Shown piece after piece: positions 49,160 through 60,880 of a stretch of 64,000 nt of DNA. How positions within the stretch are numbered: the stretch's first letter is position 1; the number at the start of each line of letters is the position of its first letter. The notes beneath the pieces were generated by a model, which made no database searches, was not told the DNA's origin, and saw only the letters and a list, made by a program, of their open reading frames with translations. Source of the DNA: Octopus bimaculoides (Eukaryota); NCBI RefSeq assembly GCF_001194135.2, contig NC_069005.1, forward strand, positions 4,573,753 to 4,637,752, written 5' to 3'. The position numbers were made by a program, and so were the translations under genes.

Positions 49160-49325
49160 TAGGTCACGAATGACCATGGAATTGCCCCTAGAAAGTTACT
49201 CCCACCCTCCACCCCGAGGCACAAGGTTGTTTATCGAAGACCAATAGTCGCCCATGTATACCAGCTTCCCCCCTTCATGCCACCGATGTCATCAAACGGA
49301 AAGGCAAAGACCGATACAGCTTTGC
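49160..49325 (-). mobile_element. SINE 3' portion (probably a family C-type variant)
   Basis: GGTCACGAATGACCATGG...AAGGTTGTTTATCGAAGACC...GAAAGGCAAAGACCGATACAGCTT resembles a recurrent octopus SINE tail, recalled from memory only. Confidence 0.5.
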
Positions 49326-49357
49326 ATATATATATATACTCACTCTTATACATACAA

Positions 49358-49570
49358 ACGGGGGAGAGTTGAAATCATCCTGCCTTTAATTATCCTGAAA
49401 AGGCTGGTTGTAGGCCTAATATTCCAAGTTATAGTACAGGGTTTAGAATAACTCAAGGCGCACTGCAATAAATAGGTGAGTCTTAGAGGAGCATAGGTTG
49501 AATAAAATGATAATTAACAGACCCACCTGTATTTTCTTTTACCCAAAGCCAGTAACTTCTCAGTACCCCT
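49358..49570 (+). mobile_element. Mariner-derived MITE, near full length
   Basis: Imperfect TIRs GGGGAGAGTTGAAATCATCCTGCCTTT / AAAGCCAGTAACTTCTCAGTACCCC; transposase tail remnant KAHCNK*VSLRGA*VE*. Confidence 0.78.
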
Positions 49571-49990
49571 AACACACACACACATACTCATATANNNNNN
49601 NNNNNNNNNNNNNNNNNNNNNNNNNNNNNNNNNNNNNNNNNNNNNNNNNNNNNNNNNNNNNNNNNNNNNNNNNNNNNNNNNNNNNNNNNNNNNNNNNNNN
49701 NNNNNNNNNNNNNNNNNNNNNNNNNNNNNNNNNNNNNNNNNNNNNNNNNNNNNNNNNNNNNNNNNNNNNNNNNNNNNNNNNNNNNNNNNNNNNNNNNNNN
49801 NNNNNNNNNNNNNNNNNNNNNNNNNNNNNNNNNNNNNNNNNNNNNNNNNNNNNNNNNNNNNNNNNNNNNNNNNNNNNNNNNNNNNNNNNNNNNNNNNNNN
49901 NNNNNNNNNNNNNNNNNNNNNNNNNNNNNNNNNNNNNNNNNNNNNNNNNNNNNNNNNNNNNNNNNNNNNNNNNNNNNNNNNNNNNNNNNN

Positions 49991-50041
<51 letters not shown>

Positions 50042-50702
50042 CATAGACACATACACACACATACATATACACAAACACACACACATATATATGTATATAT
50101 AATTACATACTCTTGTGTTTACAATATTGTGGCGTTGTGTTCATATTTGAATGTGTGTGAATGCGCCTGTGTGTATGTGCGTCTGTGTGTGTGTGTATGT
50201 TCGTGTAAATTATAGTGTGTGACGCTGAGCATTTAACTCAATACATTATGAAGAAAATGCGATTAGAACGTGAATAAGCTTCTTAAACTAAATAAGTTAT
50301 CAGAATCAAGAACAAAACAGCAAAAACAATTAGCAATAAACAGAGAAAATATGAAATAAAATGTCAGATTTAAATGTTAAGACGAACATATTAAGCAAAC
50401 GAAGTTTTCTTATACTTCTATTGATATTCAATAATTTACATCTTTAATGTAGAATTTGTGTATGTATTTCGCAATCATTGAAGGAATATAGTCCTCTCGC
50501 TCACGTTCTCTTTCTCTCTCCGTCTCTGAGACTGTCTGTCGCTGTCTCTCTTTCTCTATCTCTCACTCTTCTCTCCATCTCTCTCTCTCTATATATATAT
50601 GTGTGTGTGTGCGTGTGTGTGTGTGTGCGTGTGTGTGTGTGTGTGTGTGAGTGTATGTGTGTGTATTTGTACAAATAATCCGTGCATATACGATCAGTGT
50701 CA

Positions 50703-50750
<48 letters not shown>

Positions 50751-51390
50751 TTTATATATATATAAATGTATATAGATATATATGTAAATATATATATATA
50801 AATGTATATATGTATGTATGTATGTATATATATATATAGGGAGAGAGAGAGAGAGGGAGAGAGAGATAGAAAGAGAGAGAGAGGGAGAGAGAGAGAAAGA
50901 GAGAGAGAGTGAGATGTATTTGTACATATATATACACACATATACGCGTATAAATGCATGAATTTAGAAACTATGTCTGGCTATCCATCGGTACATAGGC
51001 ACATTTACATTCATATATACGGAATACTGTCTTTTTGTTTCAGTGTTTGGTATGCATTTATACGTAATTACTTTAGGACCGTTGGATTATTGATCGTTTC
51101 ATTCGAAAACACTTGAAGAATAAGAAAACTTTGAGTAAGACACAGTTTATAGTAATGTTTCGAAGAATTAAGACGTGTGGAATTGGTTTCCCTATCATTT
51201 TATTCCTTTTTTTAACGTTGTTTCTGCTACAAACATCCACCCTAAACATTTCCTTATGATATACTTGGGAAATGGGCCGCTCTTCTAGAGTTTTGCTTTT
51301 ACAGATTTAATACAAAATATGCATATATATATATATACACGTAGATGTACATAAATTCATACTATTATTATTATTATTATTATTATTATT

Positions 51391-51514
51391 GTTCAGTAGT
51401 TTTATTTTTATAACGTGCTTTCACTTCACTACCGAGCGCAGCTCTGTGCGCCTTGGGTATGTGCTGTGGTTTGCTGTGGTGCTCTTATGTTTACTGTATT
51501 GAAAGTGTTTTGCG

Positions 51515-51515
<1 letters not shown>
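51391..51515 (-). mobile_element. 3' end of a second RLE-LINE family inside (ATT)n
   Basis: Reverse complement begins CGC AAA ACA CTT TCA ATA CAG TAA (RKTLSIQ*), then about 100 nt of UTR and (AAT)n; flanked by TAA repeats on both sides. Confidence 0.65.
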
Positions 51516-51568
<53 letters not shown>

Positions 51569-52270
51569 ATCATCATCATATTGCTTTTTATAATCTTATG
51601 CTTATTTTTATATTAAATCCCAATTTATNNNNNNNNNNNNNNNNNNNNNNNNNNNNNNNNNNNNNNNNNNNNNNNNNNNNNNNNNNNNNNNNNNNNNNNN
51701 NNNNNNNNNNNNNNNNNNNNNNNNNNNNNNNNNNNNNNNNNNNNNNNNNNNNNNNNNNNNNNNNNNNNNNNNNNNNNNNNNNNNNNNNNNNNNNNNNNNN
51801 NNNNNNNNNNNNNNNNNNNNNNNNNNNNNNNNNNNNNNNNNNNNNNNNNNNNNNNNNNNNNNNNNNNNNNNNNNNNNNNNNNNNNNNNNNNNNNNNNNNN
51901 NNNNNNNNNNNNNNNNNNNNNNNNNNNNNNNNNNNNNNNNNNNNNNNNNNNNNNNNNNNNNNNNNNNNNNNNNNNNNNNNNNNNNNNNNNNNNNNNNNNN
52001 NNNNNNNNNNNNNNNNNNNNNNNNNNNNNNNNNNNNNNNNNNNNNNNNNNNNNNNNNNNNNNNNNNNNNNNNNNNNNNNNNNNNNNNNNNNNNNNNNNNN
52101 NNNNNNNNNNNNNNNNNNNNNNNNNNNNNNNNNNNNNNNNNNNNNNNNNNNNNNNNNNNNNNNNNNNNNNNNNNNNNNNNNNNNNNNNNNNNNNNNNNNN
52201 NNNNNNNNNNNNNNNNNNNNNNNNNNNNNNNNNNNNNNNNNNNNNNNNNNNNNNNNNNNNNNNNNNNNNN

Positions 52271-52302
<32 letters not shown>

Positions 52303-52558
52303 TGTATATGTATATATATATATGTATATATATATATGTATATGTGTGTATGTATGTATGTATGTATGTATGTATGTGCGTGTGTCTGTTCATCCATGTA
52401 TGTTTATATGTATGAATTATTCTTGCATACCTCTAAATATATGTATATGTATATAAATATATACATATATAAACAAACACACACACGCACACACACCCAT
52501 ACACACAAATAGGTGTGTGTATTTACACTCCGTCACACTAACTTTTTATCTCAACTAA

Positions 52559-52599
<41 letters not shown>

Positions 52600-52859
52600 C
52601 TATCTCTCTCTCCCTTTCCCTCCCTCTTCCTAGATATGTTTGTGCATTTGTGTATGTTTGTATTATTCGTGCATTTATTCGTATGTACGCCTGTAGCAAT
52701 CTTGCACTTGCTGGCGTCCTGTGTGATTGTGAGTGACGCACTTCCATTCCTATATATACTAATATACATACATACATATTTATATATATATGCATACATA
52801 TGCACGCACGTATGCACACGCCCGCACAGACACACATTTATATATACATATATATATGT

Positions 52860-52900
<41 letters not shown>

Positions 52901-53391
52901 TGTGTGTATGTGTGTGTGTGTGTGTATGCTTATGTATAAGTGTAGTTGATTCTTTAGGTGAGGTATCTTTATTTGAAGTTATTTTATCATACATTAAAGC
53001 TTAATGATGCGCCATGTTTCTTCGTACACACTCGTGTATATCTAATCACATATGTAAACGCGCCCNNNNNNNNNNNNNNNNNNNNNNNNNNNNNNNNNNN
53101 NNNNNNNNNNNNNNNNNNNNNNNNNNNNNNNNNNNNNNNNNNNNNNNNNNNNNNNNNNNNNNNNNNNNNNNNNNNNNNNNNNNNNNNNNNNNNNNNNNNN
53201 NNNNNNNNNNNNNNNNNNNNNNNNNNNNNNNNNNNNNNNNNNNNNNNNNNNNNNNNNNNNNNNNNNNNNNNNNNNNNNNNNNNNNNNNNNNNNNNNNNNN
53301 NNNNNNNNNNNNNNNNNNNNNNNNNNNNNNNNNNNNNNNNNNNNNNNNNNNNNNNNNNNNNNNNNNNNNNNNNNNNNNNNNNNNNNNNNNN

Positions 53392-53434
<43 letters not shown>

Positions 53435-53722
53435 ATTTTTGTATGTTTGTTAACGATATCTTCGCAAGTGTAATTCTGATTACATATGATTTAATGTTGC
53501 CACCATCCTAAATTTGAAAGAAAAAAGATGGCTGAATTGAAGCCAAATCGAGATAATCTTTAAGTAAAGATTTATCTCTTACAAGTCTTTCTTATCTCTT
53601 TCTTTGTTTCTTCAATTTTACGTTATATAAAACCGTTTCATTTCCTTCTACATTCTCTACATCTTGTAGCGTCGGTTATCTAATGAAAAACTAAATAAAT
53701 AATATTAAATAAGTTAATATTG

Positions 53723-53812
53723 TAGGCGCTGCCGTGACTATGCGCAGAAAAACTTTTGTTTCCAAACTGCATATGCCCCGGTTCAGTTCCACTGCATGGC
53801 ACGTTGGTCAGG
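53723..53812 (+). mobile_element. SINE family B head fragment
   Basis: AGGCGCTGCCGTGACT...CCCGGTTCAGTTCCACTGCATGGCACGTTGG. Confidence 0.55.
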
Positions 53813-54179
53813 TGGTGGTGGTTGTTGTGGTGGTGACGGTGGTTTTTGTGGCGGTGATAATGAGGATGATAATGATGGTGGTGGTGGTGGTGGTGGTGGT
53901 GGTGGTGGTGCTAGTGGTGGTGATGATGATGATGTTGATGATGATGATGAGAAGGATAATGATGATCATGATCATGATCATGATGTTGCCGATTTAGTTG
54001 CTGACGATGATGATCAAAGTATGACCGGCAAAATTTAACTGAGCGCTATATTTGCTAACCATTTATTCTCGTGATCTAGTGATTCTGAAAAGTATCGATT
54101 CTCCCAACTATATTTGTAACTTAGACACAATCTCATCAATTTCAGACGGGTAAGTTGTCGGAACTTGATTTCATTGACT

Positions 54180-54650
54180 CGCGGGGATCCATCCAGGCAG
54201 AATCATGAGAGTAGCAACCCGAGTCACTCACTTAATAGGGTGCCATCAGAAGAAACCGTCGTTAATGTTTTCCGACTGGATTCTCAAGCTTCTTGAACTG
54301 CAATTTCGAGCTATCTTCCCTATCGTGACCACATGAGTCTTTGGAGAGTCTCAAACATATCTCTTTTGGTCAATCTCTCGGTGTCTTATCTGTTGACTGG
54401 GATACAGGTATCCTTCTTTCGATGGTTTATTTCGATATTCTAATCACTTCTCCGTAATAACTGACTTGTGACAACTCAATGCAGACAAGGAAAGGCACAA
54501 CCTACAGAGATTCCTTAACCTCCGGGATAGATGAGAGGTGTTGGATTTATAACTTAAAGCAGCCCAAGGAAATAATTGCAAACCAGGTTCTCCGGTTCTG
54601 AAAGGAACGGACACGATAGGGAATAGCTGGGATCTCAAATTTCAGAAAAC
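54180..54650 (-). mobile_element. Possible decayed LINE ORF1 fragment
   Basis: More GC-rich unique block; one interrupted frame has SYYGEVIRISK*T, loosely like L1/Tx1 ORF1 RRM motifs. Confidence 0.2.
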
Positions 54651-55051
54651 CGCAGAATCTTTATGCACGGTAGCTTATTAAATTAACAAGCACAGATAAA
54701 ATATTCTGAAGTAGAACACATCCAATGTGTTATAACATTGGCGTTCGCACCACTTGTCGAACCATGATCTATACAAGTGAGAAACAAACGAAATAAGTAC
54801 AAATTTTCATAGTTTTATTACACAGTAATATATTCTTCATCCAGTGGAGAGAGAATTTACACGATTACATTTTCAAGTATTTTCCATTAGTTTTAGCTAT
54901 ATGTCCTTTACCACCACTTGGAGCTAACTTACTTTTTAACTCCTCATACATTTGCTTTATATTTCTCTGTTCATGTATATATATACGTGCGTGCATATAT
55001 ACATATGTGTATGCGTGATTGTATCTATATATATTTATATATATATGTATG

Positions 55052-55082
<31 letters not shown>

Positions 55083-55940
55083 NNNNNNNNNNNNNNNNNN
55101 NNNNNNNNNNNNNNNNNNNNNNNNNNNNNNNNNNNNNNNNNNNNNNNNNNNNNNNNNNNNNNNNNNNNNNNNNNNNNNNNNNNNNNNNNNNNNNNNNNNN
55201 NNNNNNNNNNNNNNNNNNNNNNNNNNNNNNNNNNNNNNNNNNNNNNNNNNNNNNNNNNNNNNNNNNNNNNNNNNNNNNNNNNNNNNNNNNNNNNNNNNNN
55301 NNNNNNNNNNNNNNNNNNNNNNNNNNNNNNNNNNNNNNNNNNTGTATTTATCTAAACTAAGACTACGCTCATATTGTTCCAAGACTTCTACTTGCACAGT
55401 TCAGAAGAACAATAGTAAAATGCGAAACCTTAAACCTGGAAAAAAAAACATGTTCAATGGAAATCTTGAAGTTTAGAATGTGTATGGAACATATTACGAA
55501 CAACAGCAATGATACTATGAAATAAATAATATTTTTTAAGAAATGAACAAATTTCATACAGTATCAGCATACCCGGGGTATCATATTTCCTGGAAGCAAA
55601 TTGATTAAAATTACATTTGTTGATTCAATTTTTTTTTAATTTTTTTTTTTTTTAATAATCGAATGATGACAGTGAACGAACAATAACTTTAGTAGACCGA
55701 ACGGAAAACGGAGAGAAGTGTACGATGTTGGAATGGTACATGGTGAAGGAGAGGCATGATGATGGAGAGTGCGGGGGGATGGGAGAGGAAGGGCAAAATT
55801 ATGAAATATTATTGGTCTATAATGTAAAAGGAGAGTAACAATGCAGAAAGCGGGGAGAAAAATTCTCATGAGATGTGGAAATAATTGAAGATACAGATTC
55901 ATAGACGATGAACATATATACATATGTGTCTCTGTGTATA

Positions 55941-55984
<44 letters not shown>

Positions 55985-56569
55985 NNNNNNNNNNNNNNNN
56001 NNNNNNNNNNNNNNNNNNNNNNNNNNNNNNNNNNNNNNNNNNNNNNNNNNNNNNNNNNNNNNNNNNNNNNNNNNNNNNNNNNNNNNNNNNNNNNNNNNNN
56101 NNNNNNNNNNNNNNNNNNNNNNNNNNNNNNNNNNNNNNNNNNNNNNNNNNNNNNNNNNNNNNNNNNNNNNNNNNNNNNNNNNNNNNNNNNNNNNNNNNNN
56201 NNNNNNNNNNNNNNNNNNNNNNNNNNNNNNNNNNNNNNNNNNNNNNNNNNNNNNNNNNNNNNNNNNNNNNNNNNNNNNNNNNNNNNNNNNNNNNNNNNNN
56301 NNNNNNNNNNNNNNNNNNNNNNNNNNNNNNNNNNNNNNNNNNNNNNNNNNNNNNNNNNNNNNNNNNNNNNNNNNNNNNNNNNNNNNNNNNNNNNNNNNNN
56401 NNNNNNNNNNNNNNNNNNNNNNNNNNNNNNNNNNNNNNNNNNNNNNNNNNNNNNNNNNNNNNNNNNNNNNNNNNNNNNNNNNNNNNNNNNNNNNNNNNNN
56501 NNNNNNNNNNNNNNNNNNNNNNNNNNNNNNNNNNNNNNNNNNNNNNNNNNNNNNNNNNNNNNNNNNNNN

Positions 56570-56638
<69 letters not shown>

Positions 56639-58023
56639 ATACATATGTATATATATCCATATATGTATATCTGCATATATACAGGCACACATGCATACAC
56701 ACACATATATATAAATACATATTTAGATAGATAGATCTGCTTTCAAGTATACATATATATATATAGATATATATATATATATATACATCTGTTTGTTCTT
56801 TACACACCCGTCTCCGTCTTTTGTTTCTTTGTAAATTCTCACTCCATATATTATCATATATGTATGTAAATGAAAATGTACACATCTCTATGTGTGTATA
56901 AATATGGGTCTGTGTATGGATGCACACAGAAATACAAACACGCTGCCACACTCACTCGCACAGACACAGACACACACGCACACATACACACACACACACA
57001 CACGTACACACATATACAGATATTGCCTACACAAACACAAACACACACAGATATATATATATACATACATACATATATATTTACATTCATATGAAAATTC
57101 GTTTTCCTAAAAGTCGCTGAAGGGAACTGAAATAGCTATTACGTTGACTAATAAAAAAAAAATACTTGAATACGAATAAACATATAAATAACAAAAATAA
57201 TATTACTGCATATTGGCAATTACAGCTTCGGGTCACAATGGTAAATGGTTCTCTCGTTATATTCATATGTGTGTGTGTATTTGTGTGTGTATGTGTGTGC
57301 GTGCGTGTGTGTGCGCATGTGCTCGTGTACGTGTGTTGGTAACATCATTGGGAATTCTATTACGCATTTCATTCTAAATTCACAAAATTTCTTACACACT
57401 AACAAGCACACTGAACTGACAACAATCTCAGCCTTGCAAGGAATACAGAATAGCAACGTATGTATTTCACAGTGACACATTATTACAGTCAAACATATAT
57501 ACATACGTACATACACATATATATATATATATATATATANNNNNNNNNNNNNNNNNNNNNNNNNNNNNNNNNNNNNNNNNNNNNNNNNNNNNNNNNNNNN
57601 NNNNNNNNNNNNNNNNNNNNNNNNNNNNNNNNNNNNNNNNNNNNNNNNNNNNNNNNNNNNNNNNNNNNNNNNNNNNNNNNNNNNNNNNNNNNNNNNNNNN
57701 NNNNNNNNNNNNNNNNNNNNNNNNNNNNNNNNNNNNNNNNNNNNNNNNNNNNNNNNNNNNNNNNNNNNNNNNNNNNNNNNNNNNNNNNNNNNNNNNNNNN
57801 NNNNNNNNNNNNNNNNNNNNNNNNNNNNNNNNNNNNNNNNNNNNNNNNNNNNNNNNNNNNNNNNNNNNNNNNNNNNNNGCAGGCTATAGGACTTTCAACT
57901 TCTAAAGGAAAATTCACTGCATTTATCGCAGAGAAAAAATTTTATCTTAAAGTAAAATTTCGACAGTCTGTGTTTTTACATCTTTTACTGTAAGAGGGAA
58001 TTCTTTTCTCCTCAGAAACTGCA

Positions 58024-58087
58024 GTGGTTTTGCCTTTAGTGGTTTTGCCTTTAGTGGTTTTGCCTTTAGTGGTTTTGCCTTTAGTGG
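58024..58087. repeat. 15-bp minisatellite (GTGGTTTTGCCTTTA) x4.3
   Basis: Four perfect units plus GTGG. Confidence 0.97.
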
Positions 58088-59737
58088 ACTTATTTCAACC
58101 ACTAGTCACAAGCATTTTAAATAACCTAAAGTTTTATTTCTTAGTTGTTAGACTGACACTAATATAACATTGAAGTTAAAATGTTTATAGTTATATAGTT
58201 ACGTCTTGCTTTTAGTAATTAGTTCAAAGGTCATCCGCGGCTCCTTTTACAGTTTTACAGTTATGGTTGCTTTCTCTTTTGAACTCAAGGCTCAGCCGTG
58301 CTCTCTTTTACATTTTGTCTTGACGGCGGTTGTTAACAATAGCAACAGTCAAGTATTTGGTTCGATTTCATCGATCGATTGATCCCTCTCTGCAAGGTAA
58401 TGACCTTTTCCCTATATGAGGAATTAATACAATTTACATTCTCTCACTTCCCCCTAAGCATCCTATGTTTAAAAAAAAATAATTCCCTCGTCAGCAAAGG
58501 CATTGCACACCTCATTTTGTATTATGATGAATATCGTGACAAGATCCTACTCTCTGAATCAAATATGGCGTCTTAGATCTAATCAAAGGACCAACTGTTA
58601 TTTACAATAGGTAGTGAATGGGGAGAGGATGACAATGGAACTTCTCCGGGGGAGATAAAAAAGATTCTGTTGGAACAGCGTCTGCTACAGACTTTTCATT
58701 TGAATATAGAATACAATTGGAATCATATTATGTCAATGGAAGTCAACGAAAGATATTGCAGCACGCATGCTGTTCTATTCCTTCTAGCCACTTCTCTATT
58801 TTTTTCAATCCTTCTTCCCATTTCTCTCTACTCCGCGCCCTCTCTGTCATTCTATCTTTATATTTCTCTATATCATTCTCAATCTCTCTTTATATCACTA
58901 TATCTCATATTCTTTCGCCTTGTCTTCCAATCTTCTACGATATTTTCTACTTCAACTTTGCTTCATTGAAATACAATAGAACAGATTCTCTTTTTATCTT
59001 TCCTCGGAAAATCCTGCGTATGTTGTAAACTAAAAAACAAAATACATAGATATATCTATTAAATATTTTTATATTATGTAAACGTTCTGTCCCCTCTTGT
59101 TCCTTTGATTAGCCTACACAACATGGAGAGAATACGGAACCTTTTAGTCTCTTATATTGAAAATATTCCCAATCATTTTGTACAATAAAATTAACCTGCA
59201 ATATGGCGTACAACATGCTTTTTATTACTTTCATTTCTTTCATTTACCACTTTGTTATTTATTTTGAATAATATATTACTTAGTCACATTGAAAGCTAAT
59301 TACTGTGAACCCGTATGGTTCTTCCTCGTGAATATGATACTGATTACTTTTTTTGAAAAATCCAGTGATTGAAAAATATCTCTGCAGGAAGACCACCATT
59401 ATAGCAAGAAGTTAGTATTCTAGAGACAGACATCTCGACTGCTCTATGTATAACGTTATGTTGTGCATATGCGTGTAGAAATCTGTATTTATGGATGTAT
59501 AGTAAGTTTTAATAGTTGATCAGATTGGATGTTTTTATTCTGCTAAAAGCAATGAACGAGAAACATGAAGGTATGTGGGGGTAGTGGAAAAATTACAAGG
59601 GATACCCTTTAATCAAAGGTTAAAAACAGAAGGATAGTACTTGTGATTGTTCCTTCTTTGGACTGAACAAACTAAGACCATGAGGTTCAAGAATATTGAA
59701 GGAATAACATTGATTATAATTCTTAACGGTTTGCAAT

Positions 59738-59945
59738 GGCGGCGAGCTGGTAGAGTCGTAAGCATGCCAGGTTAAATATTTAGCAATATTTCTTCTGTCT
59801 TCACATTTTAAGTTCAAATTCTGCAGAGGGCTACTTCGCCTTTCATCTCTTCTTAATCGACAAAAATAAGTACCAGTCGAGCAATGTGGTAGATATAATC
59901 GACTTATCCCCTTCCACAAAATTTCAGCCCTTGTATGTATATCAT
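59738..59945 (+). mobile_element. SINE family A, short-tail variant
   Basis: GGCGGCGAGCTGGTAGA...AAGTTCAAATTCTGC...GCCTTTCATC...AATAAGTACCAG...AAATTTCAGCCCTTGT. Confidence 0.8.
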
Positions 59946-60159
59946 ATATCATACTTACTAACAGTGTGCAATTGGCTAACCACGTTGACAAGCCCCTAAT
60001 ATAATATGACAAGCCCCTAATATTAACGATAACCGTATGCAAATTAGTATCTCTAGTTCACTATAACTACTGGAATTGTTAAATATACAAACACATTGGC
60101 TGCTCGTTTCCCTGGGTCTATTAAAATTGGTATAGCCATCACTTATGAGATACGCTAAC

Positions 60160-60245
60160 AGAGACGAAGTCCTGCGGTCAATTTGTTCGACTAAAGGCGA
60201 TGCTTCGGCATAGCCGCAGTCAAATGACTGAGACAAATAAGAGAA
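60160..60245 (+). mobile_element. SINE family B tail
   Basis: AAGTCCTGCGGTCAATTTGTTCGACTAAAGGCGATGCT..GCATAGCCGCAGTCAAATGACTGA. Confidence 0.7.
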
Positions 60246-60249
60246 CAAA

Positions 60250-60292
<43 letters not shown>

Positions 60293-60332
60293 GACACACA
60301 CACAATGATAACTATCTAACAGTATATAATAG

Positions 60333-60716
60333 CAATATGTATACTCTGATTTAAAGCGACATTATACAAACAATTGACTGAAAGATGATGAGCTTACTCG
60401 GGTTAGATAATGTTGCTTTAATCGGAGTATATAATGATATATTATTGTATAGTTATTATAAAAGAATTCTCTAGTCGCTCTTTGTTTGTAATTTAGCAAG
60501 CCAAAGGGTTTGTGTGCAAATATCATATGTAGTACTAGTCGGTTAAATATCTATACATAAAATTTGACTGAAATGTATGGAACAGCATCTGATTCAATCG
60601 GATGCGCGAGGAGTCATGATAGTGTTGATATATTGGTTTGAATCTAGCCTGAGTAAGCTCATGGTTTTTCAGTCAGTTGATTAGATAATGTCGCTTTAAT
60701 CAGAGTATATATATTA
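60333..60716. mobile_element. Foldback/MITE-like element with about 70-bp imperfect terminal inverted repeats
   Basis: 60334-60402 is the approximate reverse complement of 60648-60715. Confidence 0.55.
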
Positions 60717-60739
60717 TTAGAGAGAATTTACAAAAAAAA

Positions 60740-60880
60740 AATGACGAAGACGGGTGTGTAAACAACAAACAGATGTAGTAGTTTAACGCTCGGGAAGTGA
60801 AAAAGTATTTTACGTTTCGAGCCTACGCTCTTCGACAGAAAGGAACACAGAAATAAACAGGGAGAGAAAATGAAAAAAAG
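60740..60880 (-). mobile_element. Penelope-type end carrying a hammerhead-like motif
   Basis: Reverse complement TTTCTGTCGAAGAGCGTAGGCTCGAAACGTAAAA: stem GAGC/GCTC, GAAAC, and core CTGTCGA (one change from CTGACGA). Confidence 0.55.

Noticed and set aside
53796-54038. Gly/Asp-rich 80-aa ORF (MARWSGGGGCC...)
   Set aside because: It starts inside a SINE fragment and consists of drifting GGT/GAT repeats
58024-58087. CRISPR-like or other spaced-repeat array
   Set aside because: The units are contiguous with no spacers; no repeat-spacer array or cas-like ORF was seen anywhere in the window
59986-60023. 17-bp tandem duplication (also a 16-bp one at 4287-4317)
   Set aside because: Ordinary slippage duplications
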